Positions 39,401 to 55,532 of a DNA stretch of 61,897 bases are shown here, one piece after another. Position numbers and translations under genes: made by a program. Within the stretch, counting starts at the first letter, position 1. Each line of letters starts with the position of its first letter. The notes under the pieces were generated by a model. That model worked only from the letters and a program-made list of their open reading frames with translations. It was not told the DNA's origin and did no database searches. Where the stretch lies: NCBI GenBank assembly GCA_043228905.1, contig JBHGNT010000170.1:1-61897 (forward strand), read 5' to 3'. This stretch comes from Azolla caroliniana. Taxonomy: Eukaryota; Plantae; Polypodiophyta.

Positions 39401-41218
39401 CATGGGCATGTTGTAGGATAGCCGCAAGACCAAGATCTCCAATTTTGACCTCCCCTTGATTGCCATTGATGAATATATTGTCACATTTCAAATCTCGATG
39501 AATTATGGGAGGGTCATGACTATGCAAGTAAAGCAAACCCCGAAGAATCTGACGAGACCAGTTTTTGACCGCTTTGATGTCCACATGCTTGTGCCTTTTC
39601 CGATACCTTATGAAAATGACAACCAGAGGATAGACATATCACCAACACAACATCAAGATCGAAAAATTGGCAAAAAAATGGGGAGGTGGTAACATAGCAT
39701 ACTGTCTTAGTGTTCCCGAGGTGAATATCTCTGTAATAAAATTGACTGTATTCGACGTCTTATCTACCCACGAGTGATAGAGCTTTATGATGTTCTTGTG
39801 CTTTAATGTGCTTAGTAAATGCACCTCTGAATACAATCGGTCCATGTCCTCAGGTGTTTGTAAAAGGACACCTTGAACTTGATTCCATGCAACCTCAATT
39901 CCATCTTCTTGATCAAAAGCCCTATACCTATAGTAGCATGTCAAGGCACAAACATTTGGAGAAATAACTGAAATTTTATAGGACGGATGAACCCAACATG
40001 CAAAACATTTATTTTAGGATACACAGTCTTGAAGGCTCCTTTGCCCAGCACTTCTTTGTACTATACAAACCAACATCAAAGAAAAGCAATTAGCACACCA
40101 TTTAATGTACAAGAATATATCTTCTACGATTCAAAGAAAAACTATGAAAAAGCAAGAACTAATGAACAAGAAAATATCTTCTACTATAGGAAAAGATAAA
40201 TCAAAAACTCCATTCAATGAAACAACCATGATTGGAGATATAAACAATCAAAAAACTCCATTCAATGAACAAAGAAGACATCTTTGATGAAAAAGCAAGA
40301 ACTAATGAACAAGAAAATATCTTCTACTATAGGAAAAGATAAATCAAAAACTCCATTCAATGAAACAACCATGATTGGAGATATAAACAATCAAAAAACT
40401 CCATTCAATGAACAAAGAAGACATCTTTGATGAAAAAGCAAGAACTAATGAACAAGAAAATATCTTCTACTATAGGAAAAGATAAATCAAAAACTCCATT
40501 CAATGAAACAACCATGATTGGAGATATAAACAATCAAAAAACTCCATTCAATGAACAAAGAAGACATCTTTGATGACTCTTCAACATAAGGTAACCAACG
40601 AATTGGATTTTGGATTTATGGCAGAGACTAAAAATTTGAAAGCCATTCATTGAAGGAGCATTTAAACTTGAAATGAACTCTCTCTCTCTATGTATGTATG
40701 TATAACCTACAGACATGCATGCATGGATATATATATGCATGTGATTTCAAGCAATTAGAGATCTCATATTCAATTGCAAAACATGATGATTGACTGTCTC
40801 ATGAGACATTGAGAGACCATCGCCTTGGGCTTCAAGCTTAGAACACTACAGCATGATGCTTATAAAATATTAACTATACGTTAGATGATTTTGAGTAATA
40901 AGAAGGTGCATATCGAAACAATTTAAAACTGGATCATTGTATGCAAAAGCTTACATTGGACTCCAAGGTTAGACCATGATGCATGAGCATACAAAATCCA
41001 CCTCTTAAAAGTTAATTGGTATAATTGAAAAAACACGCTGACAAAGAAGACGAGGATGTATGATGATAATGATGAATAATTACCCGTCCATAACGTCCAC
41101 TCGGATCAACTTCGAGATACTCGAAATCACTGGCATCATCTTCTCTCGTACCTGCTCCGCCACTGCTGCCGAGCTCATGTAAACACAAAACACTGCTACC
41201 ACATTTGTGAACCGGCAT
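36412..41218 (-). CDS. WNK: WNK (with-no-lysine) Ser/Thr protein kinase, multi-exon
   Basis: [10 protein letters not shown]|[13 protein letters not shown] (40060-40023)|[31 protein letters not shown]|..[32 protein letters not shown]|[11 protein letters not shown]..|..[27 protein letters not shown], with a C-terminal coiled coil. The exact last exon is uncertain (possible donor at ~36450). Confidence 0.95.
40144..40576. repeat. Tandem repeat, 143-bp unit, 3 apparently identical copies, in the first coding intron of WNK
   Basis: atgaaaaagcaagaactaatgaacaagaaaatatc... starts at 40144, 40287 and 40430. Confidence 0.95.
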
Positions 41219-44200
41219 TTTGATGACGAAGAAGAAGATATGAGCAATTTGAGGGGTATATTTGGCGTTCAGTGAGCGTCCAGTGAAGAAGAAGCAGAAG
41301 AAATGAATGTTTGTTTTATTTCTCTAAAGAACAAATGACGAGCGATGGTGAAGATATTTCAAACAAGTACACTGTCTGCGACCAGTATGATAGAGATCAA
41401 AAAAACAAGGTATTTTTCCTCCATGCTCAAATGTAGCTGGATTGGAGGGTGAGATAGAAAACCCTAATCTCATGCCTGCTTACCTATCTCTATCCTTCTC
41501 TTTCGCTGTTGTCTACTATATATAAAAAAATCCTAAATTTGAAGAAATCGCTTGCAAATACAATCAAATATGTGCAGAGAAACGCAGGAACGAACAGAAA
41601 ACCAATTTTCAGGCAGAGAAGGCAGAGCAGGGCAGAAGGTAGTTCTGTTGACTTGGATTTCTCCTGTTGATGGAGTTTTTATGACATGGAAAAACAAATA
41701 AATCCGTGGAGATCCGAAGCAGAAACCAGAGAAGAAAGAGGAGGAGGAGGAGGAAGGGGAGGAAGGGGGGATCTTCTGCAGAGAGACAGAGACGGAGACA
41801 GACGATGAGAGTTGCCGTGAAGTGGCCGTCAAAACTAACGGCGTCTCTATTGTCCTCTCTTTTGTTTTTGTTTAGTTGTGTCTCCATAACTTCTAAGTTC
41901 TGAGAGCTCTCAAAACCCTAATGTCCTCACGGGAAACTTCCAACACTTGTCATCTTATTGCCTTCCACCACCCATCCCACCCATCTTTCCCTTTTGACCC
42001 CCACTCTACTCCACTCCTATCATGTCCTCTCCTCCCTAGTCTGGTGGCCACTCAATCACCTCTTGCACTCTACTGTGTGTATCAACCGAATTTACTATGT
42101 CCCCTTCGTCTGTGTGTGTGTGTGTGTGCCTACTCATGCCAATCTGTTGGCCATTCTTGACTTCCACAGAGGGTGAAATCGCACATGCCCACAATGGACA
42201 TACAAACTGCTCTTCGTAATTGGTTATATATGGTGGTGGCAACAACAGTACAAGAATCGTCAAGGAGATCAAGGTTAGTCGGATCCATTCACATTAGGTT
42301 TTCTAGCCAATAATCATATTCACGTGGTCTCTACACATGGTTGGGATCCCACACATGTTTATGACATGGCGATCATGTTGGTTTCTTCGATGGATTGTCA
42401 CGTTGCATGATGCGTCAAATGTATACCAGTGGATCATGTCTTCCACATGTATTGTTGTGTCTTTAGCATTTTCCGATCCTCTATGTTCATTGAAGTAGTG
42501 TCCATCACATCTATTATGTCCTTAAATATATCACAATGTTTGTTAACATTACATTTTCACAACCACAATTCATTGCAAGTGAAACTTATATTGTCTAATT
42601 GGTGTACCACACATGTCAGAAAGCGATGCTTTGTTGCCTCTGAGAACTAACAAGTTGCCATGCATGAATATGTAACTAAGTTTCCCTCAAGGACATCTAT
42701 TTTTGGCAAGAAATGTAGTTATGACGATTCCCCCGAGTACATCGAGGGAGTGCATCACAATCATGTGAACATGATTTCCCAATTGCTATACATTAAAACA
42801 ATGAGAACACATCCATCAAATAAAGAAGCGCATTTATCGACAAGAAATGCATAAGATATTCTTATTCTCGTATGGCTATGCCATTTTTGTTGTTATATGC
42901 TTTTAACCACATGCAATTTGTTCACCTATATGCATGGCATCAATTTAAGGATTATTGGATGAAACATGTGGCCTTCAACCATGTAGCCCGACAAGTTAGC
43001 ACCCACAAACATACAATTGTTCAAGTTCGAGTTTCATACAATGCATTGTTAAATTGTACTTAAGGGGCAAAATATCATGATTTTATATAAGACTTTTGGC
43101 CATGTCCATCTATCTCTTCACAGAGAACCAAACAATGATAGCCAACTACTCGTAAGAATAGGTTCAAGTCCACCTATTTCAATTTATGAACATTGAGCAT
43201 ACAATGTGTATACACACAACTTTTTTATGTCCATTGATTTGGGCTCTCCTTCTCAGTCAATTGCTAAATGTTCCTATATATTCTTCATCTTGGCATGTTA
43301 CTCATTCCTCAATATTAAGCACTTATCTACAATACTTTATGTATACTTGGATTATTAAGTTGCCTTTTTTCTATATCCAATAATGTGAATTTGTAATATA
43401 TGTAGTCGCACGTAAGTATGGTATAAAAAGGCAATAAACATCTTCGAAACTTTTCCTTTTGCGGTGTAGTTGCAACGATAGGTAACGATGCATATTATCA
43501 AAAGGTCAAACTATTGTGAAGATTCGATTTGATAATATGCATCCATCATGCACAAGCTTTTAAAATAGGAGTTGGTCTTAATCAAGTGAGTATATATGGA
43601 TATTTGTATGTTTCGCATCTACAAGAATAAATCATGTGAATGTACTTATGATGTCTCTTTGGTTTCCTTGGAAAAAAATTAAGTCTATGTTCTCTTGTGA
43701 TCATTTGTTTATTATTACGATGCCTCTCCCCTTGAATAAAGTCGTAATTTAGCATATTTATTTAGGATTCAACGTCCAATGCACCATTTTCTAGTTCTTT
43801 GTAGATTCCAACACTTTAGAGAGTGAAGTATTAGTTGGAGGACAAGAACAACAAAGTGTGTACGAATTCTTAAACAGCCTTATGTTTATTTTGTTTAAAC
43901 TTTAAACAATACCATTTATTTCATTACATTGCTATCAAACAAATAATAGCATGGCAAGGTAGTTCCCACCCCTTTGTTAGGCATTTAGAATTATATTGAA
44001 TATGTACTTCAAAGAAAACTAAGCATGAGTTAATGTAACCATAAAGGTAGAATTCACATCATGGATATTGAGTTTTGGTATCTGTCTTGTCCAACTTTGA
44101 GATAGGTGCTTCAAAATACATTCACTTACTAGTGAAACATTTTGAGATGATAATGAGCACTTTTGATCAATTGACTCGTGTATACGCCACAACTTCCACA

Positions 44201-47200
44201 CTTTGAGAATATTTTATCTACCCTTTGTTGCTTAAGGGCTCTAGATGCATGCTCCACGATATCATCCTTTTGATATCAATTCTATAAAGATGTTATCTTT
44301 ATTCTTATGATAATTAGATGTTATAAAAACTTGTTAATGTTTGTGAAAGAAAGAGCATTCACCAAAATGAGTCACAAGGATATTCAGGATATGAAGTAGT
44401 TTAGCATACGAATGGACATGTAGAAGGGAAAAAATCCAAGCTCTCTTCCCAGTAGACGTATTGTTTGACTGCTCTCAAGAAAACACCTTCGTGGGGTGGA
44501 AGAAGTTTTTTGCTTTTGGGTTTTGTGAGGAGAGAAGAATATTCTATGTGTTTTAACATGAACTATATGCCTAACAATGATCTCAACAAGTCACAAAACT
44601 CATTTCCACGATCCCATGGTCTATTCGTAGGATATCCTCACTCCCTCTTCCAAATCCAAAATATTCGTTGTGCAGCGTGTCTATTAAGGCAAAAGAGAGG
44701 TTATGTATCAACAATATGATTGTTGAACACTTGCATTTGCTGAGAAGGAGAAGAAAACAAGAATAAGATTCCCCGATCTATGTATAAGCCTCCTTGTACA
44801 ATCTCTTTGTAATAATCCTTCCTAACTAATGGGAAAGTAGCTTCATTTTGGGGGAAAAAAAAAGAATAAGATTGAGATATCATTGTGCTTTATTACCAAC
44901 TTGTGTTGATCCGGTTGAAGGTGAAATTCTAGTCCTTTTATCATAAATTTAAGAAACCATTATGCTATTTTGAAAAGAACAATCAATTAAGAAAAATTAA
45001 ACTTAAGGGTGTTTATACTAGAAAAGGCTCAGGTTTCAACAATTCATGAAGCATCCGAAGACATGTTGAAGATAAATGAACATTATGAAATTCATTTTTT
45101 TGTTCTAAAAAGAAGGAGAACATGAAATAATGAGAGTTGTGACGCTCATAAGGCATGTAATTATTCAACTATTATAAACAGGCTAGATGCTAAACCCGTA
45201 GATTTGTCGACACTGTAGTCCTAATATTCAATATTTCTCACAAATATATACTTCTAAATTATACACATATGACATTCGTTTTATTATTACAAAACATAAG
45301 ACGTTAATTTTCAAGAGAAAAGCATAAACATAAATTTAGACATTGCTTAAAAAACAAAAGAGGACATTTTCAATTTTCAGAAAGGAGATCATTTAACAAA
45401 TAAAATATGGTTATATATGTATATGTGCACATACATATGGACTATTTTGTGGGTTTATTATTTCAATTTGAGGTTTTTCATGTGTAATACAAGGTATTAC
45501 TAAAACAAGCACGTATTTATGTCTCCTATGTGCATTCGTGTATATGCAAAGTATGTGCAAGAACGAAAGAGCTTATTATGCATGACAACATCATCATACC
45601 AGGTAGCACTAGTATGCTCCCGTCACATGGCCCCTTGTGTTGGGTAAAACATCCATATGTCTCTTGGTCTCCCTTTCTATGTTTCGCCTTTGTTTCTTTT
45701 AGTAATAAGCGTTTGTCTTTGTACTTTGTCATGACACCAATAAATCAAATGTTTCGCTATGATGCTAAGCTTCTCAAGTGTAACACCTATCACATATTCG
45801 ACCTTATCCCCATGCTAATATAGTCGTCCATGCTTTCTTCAATTAAATTGTAACCTTATGAAAAGAGGCGTCGTGCCAATCTCTTCTGCATTCTATTACA
45901 AGCAAACTCATAATTTATTTTTCTTGAAGTGTGGAGTATATGTATATGTGTATAAAAGTAAGATACAAAAGTTCAAAGAGGTGGCAAGACGTTGATTTCT
46001 ATTTGTTCAATAATGCATAACGTTGGGACTAATTTATACTAGAATGAGGCTTTAAACTTTTGGGATGGAAGATCGCCTTTGTGACCCATTCATTTCACAT
46101 ACGCTAGAAACAAATTCTGTACTCACTTCTATACTTGAGATCTCTTTATCATATATAATATAAATGTCCTCTTTCTACATTAATGAGCAACCTAGACAAG
46201 ATCCAAGTGAAGTAGCACAATGTGTAGTTGTCACCTTTCAAATCATAAATAAGTTCACTTTTAATAGCACATAATGTTTTGAACTTGATTTATTCACTAC
46301 ATAAGGAGTGAGGATTATAAAACCCAAGAGTTATGTATGATATATGTAATGAGCCTTATTAGGTCCATTATGCCACCCATGGGCATGCAACTAGAATTTC
46401 AAATATTTGGAAACATTGTTCATAAGACCCTTACATTGTCTCTCAAATTAACTCCATGGACCACACCGCTATTGTAGAGCTTGAAATAATGAATGTTACA
46501 CCCAATTAAGAGGTGAAATAATAATAATATATGTTGTGAAAAGTACAAATATTCGAAACTATTATGGGTGTGTGTGATGGGGAGCCCCTATACAAGGGAA
46601 AACAATAATGCATGTCTAAAAAGAATTCAAACATTGTTTTTAGTTTGTGACTTAGATCCTATGACAAAAGCGTGTGAAGTGCACTTATCCTAATGCAAAA
46701 GCATATGTCCTTTTCGTAACATGAAAGTTATTGACCTCAAATCAATTTCATGTTCAAATATATATCATATGCCACACATATACTTGCAATTAAAATTTAA
46801 CCCTTGAAATTATCCTCAATGTCAAGAATGTTGATATATGTGAATGGTAAGGTGATTGGGTGGTTGAAAATTGTTACCCATGTAGCCCTCATAACTGTGA
46901 CCAATGAGATTGGTTTTGCAAATACAATGTTACATTGACCTCACAATGACATAACATTGACTCTCTATGGTTACCATATATAGTCATGTCGTTCATTTGT
47001 TTCTTGAGTTTCGCACATGGTGATTGCATATAGATCCTTGAGCTTTGAAGTTTGTACACATGTACGCACACTAGTCATGCTTGGATTACATTAATTCTCA
47101 CATTACTCCCCTGACTTGAAATGGTTCATGACTCAAAAAAATATTGTTGACCACCCAAATCCTCTAATCAAATATATGAATTCATTCATTCTTCAATTGA

Positions 47201-48793
47201 ATTCACTCATCAAAATCATTCACCCTCTCATCCATCCACCCCATTGTGCGAGCTCTTGGCGTTTGACACCAATCCTTACATGTGAAATAGAATATTCCTT
47301 TTGCAAGTTTCTATATGTCATGTCTATGTTGCCAAATCTTGGTACAGACAAACCACAACCAAAAATCAATTTGCCAAAATCACTTCAATGGAATGCAAAT
47401 TAGTTTTCACAGGTTCATCACACAACTTCGACTCATTATGAAATTCCGTCCTCGATTCTACCCTGATTTGTACTAGTTGTAGAGACTTTCTCACTTCTCC
47501 TCGAGGATTACCCTAATTTCATTACAAAATTGGAATATAGAGAAAGGAAAGGATTACAACAATGTCCACAATGCATAAAACTAAAGGCACAATGCACAAT
47601 TACATTTGTTTTTTCAGTCTATTTTAGAACTTGGGCCTTGTAAATTGCGTTCCTTGATTCATAACTATAAACATGCTTATTTACTAAATTTGAACCCCAC
47701 ATTCTCTAAATCATCCAATGGAATAGCTTTAGCAAGATGAACTAATCTCGCATATGCATGATAGCTTAACATTAATGTTTTGACCTTCAAATGAAGGTCA
47801 TTAGGTTAAATTAACTCTTGGTCAAATGTGGATATTTGAGTTCCTCTATCTTTTCCTAAATGCAAGCATATGAATGAATGCAAATTGGATGTGACCACCC
47901 ACTAAGAATTGCCTAATGCAAGTGCTATGTTTATTGCTTCTTTGTTTGGAATTGCCCAATGAACATTTATTATGTTTGTTTGCGTTATAAGATATCCATT
48001 CATGAGTATAAACATATATACATAGAAATTTGCTTCTCAAGTGACTAGTGGAGGGAACAACCCACTTGGTGGTTGAAAATGTCAATAAGGGTACCACCTT
48101 TACAAGGCAAATGCGGAGTATCTTTCCAAAGACTAATAAATTGGAGACATTGAGCAAATTTAGGATATGGATCCCCATTAAAATCATACCATTGTCCTTT
48201 TAATGTATGGACCATGTCAAACGAAATGTTACACACCACTTCAACTCGTGAGCCCCTAATTTGATGATAAATGGAGGAGTATCGAGCCTTCCAAATGTAG
48301 TAATTTGTGTACTACTCAGTAATTCATGTAAGGGTTGCATCTCCTTTGTTCTTCCAAATAACTACACAATCACAAACGGAATTGCCTGAATTGTTCTGAA
48401 CCAAGCGCTAAAAGCATGGTCTAGAGACTCATCATCATAATGGAACATAGAGCAGACAACTGATGTCCAAACCACCATTCTCCATGTGAATAATGATTGT
48501 GATTGGTAGTTGGCAAAGATTCACAATTGACGTTTCCATACCAATTGAGACTCAAGGCAATCCCATAGACAATGTTCGTGTGATTCATTCAGCAAATAAC
48601 ACTAATCACACTTAAAGGATACAATCATTTTGTGTAGTCACATACTAACAAGCAAGGCTCGGTGCAAAATCATCCACCACACATGAAGTACTTTATGTGA
48701 TTGTTTAATTTGTTTGTGGTCTATATGGCAGGATGCTTGATGGAAGGAAATCAAGGACATGACAAGCCAAATTTTGGTGCCGATTAGCGAGAA

Positions 48794-49260
48794 GGCGAGA
48801 TGGTTGTTATGGATGTAAGAAGCAATTTCTTCTGAGCGATAAGGATGAGTGTAGATGGTGTGGGGGTTGATGAAACAATTATCATGAGTTGGAATTTGGC
48901 GGTAATCGGCGAGATGGTTGATGTGGACGTAAGAAGGATTTTTTGAGGGATAAGGATGAGCAAAGACGGTGTGGGGGGTGAAGCAGAATATTATGAGTAG
49001 GTATAGGAAATTGTTGAAAACGAGCAGTGATTGCCAAGATGGATGTTGTGGAAAAGGAAGCTGTTTATTTTTTTGAAAGGATGAGCGAGAATGTTGTTAA
49101 CGTCATGAGTGGATTGGGACAGCTAAATTTTTCTTGGTTGTCTATGCAGGAATTTCAAGGAAAATGGAGAGATGGCTGATGTGGAAATATTTGAAGCACA
49201 TTTTTGTTTATAGTTTATATAACGATGAGCAAAGATGGTGGCGGAGGCAGAAGCAAAGTT
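48794..49260 (+). repeat. Four degenerate ~114-133-bp purine-rich monomers at the 5' end of the retroposed element
   Basis: g(g/c)(c/a)(g/a)agatgg(t/a/c)tg..tgg...aggatgag motif at 48794, 48908, 49033 and 49166. Confidence 0.7.
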
Positions 49261-49313
49261 TAGTGAGGGTCTGAGGAGAGTGGATTTTAGTAGAGAACTA
49301 GTCTTTTCATATG

Positions 49314-50689
<1,376 letters not shown>

Positions 50690-52899
50690 AGCGTTTATTG
50701 GTATGCTGATCAGCATGCGAGAATGGAAGAAGATGGAGGAACATCGGGTCTTAGCCAATGATCACATGAGATGGGAAGAAGAGTCATGTATGTGTGTCCA
50801 CCGTTCTTTGTAGTCTTCTACTTTGAGTCTTTGAGTTTTTTATTGGCCTATCACGGCCACAACTTCTACGATGTTGTCAGACTAATCATTTTCTCATGTA
50901 TGAAGAATTTATACTAATGAAGAATATTGTTTTGGAAAAAAAAAAGTACTTTATGTGATTGTTTCATTTCTCATAGCTCACCCATAAACTTAGAAAGAAA
51001 TTTTGGGGAACGACCTAGGTGAAAACGTCTCCTGAACTAGAAATTATATGTCTACCTAACAACACAAAAATATTGGAAAATATTGAATTTATTGCTAGTA
51101 AATGGATATGTCCATGAATAATTAGCTATGTCCCCATGCCAACATAAACAAAGGTTGCTTATTGTACACAACTACAAAATTTTATTAAGTTGTTGAAGGT
51201 TGCCTTATTATTAAAGCTTCATCTCCCTTTTTTTGGAAATAAATAAATAAATAAAAATAAATCCTCATCTCATATTCACTAACATAAGCTAATAGAGTAT
51301 TAAGTGAGGGAAAGTAGTTGAGGATCCTAAAATATAAGGCATAAAATCTCTTTCTCATATAAATAAACATGCGTGCATACATACATAAAATTAGGTGTGT
51401 GCAATCCCTAGTAGTTGTTTTGAAGGTTCTCATATACAAGTTGTTTTTTAAGGTTCTCGTATACAAGCCATCAAGAAACCCTCATCTATTGTTATTGAAA
51501 ATGCGAAGCATGCTCATCATGTTAGTATTTACGTTTTAGGAACAATGATTTTTTAAATGGGTTCAAAGCTTCACATTTAAGTGGTGGTGATGGGTCGATG
51601 TCATATTACTATTGTTTAACCTTGGGCTATATAATAGAAAATGAATACACCATTATCCAATTATGGTCTCTAGACAATATCTTACGTGTTCTTGGTACAC
51701 TATTGTGAGTGTAAACTCTTTAAGTATAGTCCATGATTTAGCAATGACACTAGGATTTACACTATAGTTCCACTTTAGGTTTAGAAATAAACAACGATAT
51801 AGATGCACATTCATCTACATTGAATGTGAAAAAACATAGCATATGCAAATTGTTGGATGAGACAATGTTGGTTGAGTTTATTGATCCATCATAATGGAAG
51901 AATACAACCTCGGGAGTTACATCAAATCAACATACCATTAAGCACATGCTAGTTGATGAACAAAACTTCATTATCCTTCGAGTTTTCTTGAAAATATGAT
52001 AGTCTAGATTTCCTTTCATTTTTCTATTATGAAAGTGGATATCATGTACCTCTCATTGGGCATTGCCATTAAATGCTATCCTACTATTATTTATTTATTT
52101 TCTTGCCCCAGTGTCACGTGTGTAGGGTTTTACACTCTCCCCTTTCATTCAAGGGAAGTGGGCAATATAAATGAGGGGAGGGGCTAGACTACTTATCCTC
52201 TGATATTTGATCACCTTGAGATCAAGTGTGACATCATTTTCAATAGCTCCTAAAATCATACGTTGTTTAACCTTATGAGAGTAAATATAGAGCATAATTT
52301 TGAGTACCCATCAAGGCCCTTTCTTGTCGATTGCATATTTAATTTAGTGCTTCTGCCCTCGACGAAACCAAGAAAAAGGGCCTTGTTTAGATAGGAGGGT
52401 ACTATGAACCTTATGTCATCCATTGCAAATAAACAAACAAGATACCAACATTTTGTTTTCATCATGTAGATTGCAAAAAAAAACAATCATTGCAGGCACA
52501 TAAGGGCCAAGCAAATTTGGTGTCACTTCTCTCTCAAACAAATGTTCGTAACAACATAAGGGAGGATTAGTATAACTTTGAGTGGCAATGTAAAACCACA
52601 AGATATACAATCAAGGAAGCAAACAAAGCCAAACCTTTAGACCATTAACTCATTTTGGTCCAAACCTTCCACAACTATGACCGTCACAATACTTGGGAGG
52701 AGGTAAGCCTCCAAGAGATGTGAAGGATGTATACCACTTATTAGCCAATCTAAGGTGAAGTTGACACTTGATGAATGCCAAGTAGAAAACAAGGGCATAT
52801 GCATTCATTATGCGTGGAATTCAAATTAAATGAATAAGAAAAAGACGATCAAGTTCAATTAATTGAAAAGCCACTTTCCTTTTTGCAAGTTCTATGAGA

Positions 52900-53950
52900 G
52901 AGTGGCCAGAGGTCTTTAAGAAATCATAAATCATGTTTCCTAAGAAGGAAAGGAAAAGAGAAATCGTGCAGAAGTTTTTATCCCCTTACATTGGTCTCCA
53001 ATGTTAAACAATGCCTAAATAAAGTGCAATTGGAGAGCATGTAATGGGAAACTATTTTGCATCATTTGGAGAACGTACTTACAATGGTTTCTCCTCAACA
53101 AAAGAACATGGGCAAAAAGCGTAGAGAGCACATATTGACTTCCCTACAGAATTCGTAAACATGATGATACTAATATCAAATTATCTTTTGATGGTGTCAA
53201 GTAACCATCTGTCGATTGTTGAAATTGCCTGTGATATCTTCCATAGATTCTTTCTCTTGCAAATTGAGTAGGATTTGTAAGTTTGCAACTTGCAAACTTT
53301 TGGAAATGGTTGTGGAGTATGCAGTTGTTGAAAAAAGTTAATTGCTTTCGTTGGTTGTTAATTCATTATGCTCTTCCTATTGGTGATTGGTTGAGGCAAC
53401 ATCAACAATATGCTTGTGGAATGCATTGCGGTGCACCAATTGAATCTATTTTGCATGTGTTTTGGTTATGTCCCAAGATCAAGCAATTTTGGAATAAGTT
53501 GTTTTTGCTGCTTAGACAACATTATTCTCGTTCAATTTTCTCTCGGGGTGCAATATTATGGGGTGTCCTCCATGGAGATGTTATGAGGTATGAAAGTACG
53601 CGTGCTTCTCATGTCTTTCTTTTCCTTTGGACACCTCTCTCTCAACTCATTTCCTTCTTTTATTCGATGGTTCAAGATTAAAATTTTGGTTATTTGGTGT
53701 ACTATTATGTCGTTGTCTCTTTGGATAATATGGAAAGCAAGATGTGATTATGTTTTTAACGATGTTCACATACATCTCCACACTATGCTTATTGAATTTT
53801 GGATTTATTTGTCCACACACTAAGTGGTCAATATGATTATTTGCAAGATTCGGATGATGTTCAGTGGCAACGAGAAGTGGCCTTTAAGGACCGATGACAA
53901 GGACTTCACTTATTTTCGAATACAATTGTTGGTCTAAGGTGGAATTATGC
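52900..53950 (+). mobile_element. Degenerate LINE 3' ORF2 remnant (zf-RVT)
   Basis: FWKWLWSMQLLKKVNCFRWLLIHYALPIG..CGMHCGAPIESILHVFWLCPKIKQFW and LWIIWKARCDYVF. Boundaries approximate. Confidence 0.75.
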
Positions 53951-55493
53951 CATACCTTCTTTTATGTTGCATAATTGATAGTATTGTTCTAATTGTTTGA
54001 TATATGACATCGTTTGTTTGATCAGATTCTTATACAATAGAAGTGAGATGAAATGTCTCCAGTTTTCTCCATATACGATTTTCAAGTAATATACCAAGGT
54101 GCATCTTTCTTTAAAAAAGAAGAAGTTTGGCACTTTCATGGCTTTTTTTGAAGTCTTTACCTTGAACCTTGAATTAAATAATTGTATATAGTTAAAGGTA
54201 CCAATATACCCATGACTTTTGCAACCGTGGAGGGATGCCTATCGTTTAAAGTTATCAGTCACTTAAATATTTTATTAGGCACAAACTAAACAGTCAACCT
54301 ATTAATCACCATGAGTGAAACTAAATAATTAGAAAATAAGTAAATGATTTATTAGTATTGAGTCAACATAAACAAAAAAAATCAACCTAGTTGCTAATCT
54401 AAACAACCAACCAACATCTTGTTAATGTCAAAAAATTGAGGAATATCCTAGTAAGTATACAATTAGGGTGTATTTGTGTGATTAATGCAATTAGGGGTAT
54501 ATCAATGTTTCCATTGTCTCTTCTTTGAACTTGTTTATAATCCCTTTGAGTTTTACATCGTTCCCAAAAATACTAGTTTAATGATTTCTCTAAGCTCCTT
54601 TATTCCATATGTAAAATAATTATGTTGCTTGCAAATTTGCAATACCTCTAATACTATGAACTAATAAACCACTTGCATACTTAGTGCCTTCACACGAGCT
54701 TGCTTTGTTATTATGGAATTATTTCATGACTAACATGTATACTAGTGGGATAGAACTAAAACATAGACACAAGAAATGATAATCACGTTCAAATGTTTGG
54801 CCCTATACTTTGATTGTATGTATGGGCATTGCATAGGGACATTCCATATACGTACATAGATATGAATATATGATGCTATATTTACATTGCATTACATGTA
54901 AGCTTATATGGTCCTTTGATGAGACACAACACAAAAGAAGAAGAAATGTAGAAACAATGTCAATGTTTGCGAGGCCATGATTCGAGGCACAAACATGAGT
55001 TGATTTGATCAAAACAATAACGCACCTAAGAAAAATAAATATATAGTTGGATAGTAGTTAAGAATGACAAAAAATCTCATAGATATTGCGAGGAGTGGGG
55101 TCTCTCTTTCTTCTCTATTGGGCGTTGGGATACGACCAAAAGTTACTCTTTTCTTCACGTCAATTGAGTGATTGATAATTCTCATATTCCCAAGCGAGAG
55201 AACAAGTCATTAAGAATGGATGGATGTATTGTCTCGGTCTCAACAAGCTACACTGGCTTTGGTAGAGACGATGAGATGACACACGTTAATAAAATACACT
55301 TGTTCGCGGTTGATCCTTTTTATGAGCTATGTATATATACAGTGCAAAGGATATTATGTGTTCTGTCTCTTTTAATAAAGGCCATTGCATTGGGTTTCAA
55401 AGCCCCGAGATTCGTGCTTCCTTTATTACACTATAAGGTTTTCCCTATAGATTTACTAGGGGGTGCAATGTAGGGGTTGAATGCATGACCTTG

Positions 55494-55531
<38 letters not shown>
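55494..55531. repeat. (CTA)n microsatellite upstream of the DeSI gene
   Basis: Directly visible. Confidence 0.95.
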
Positions 55532-55532
<1 letters not shown>

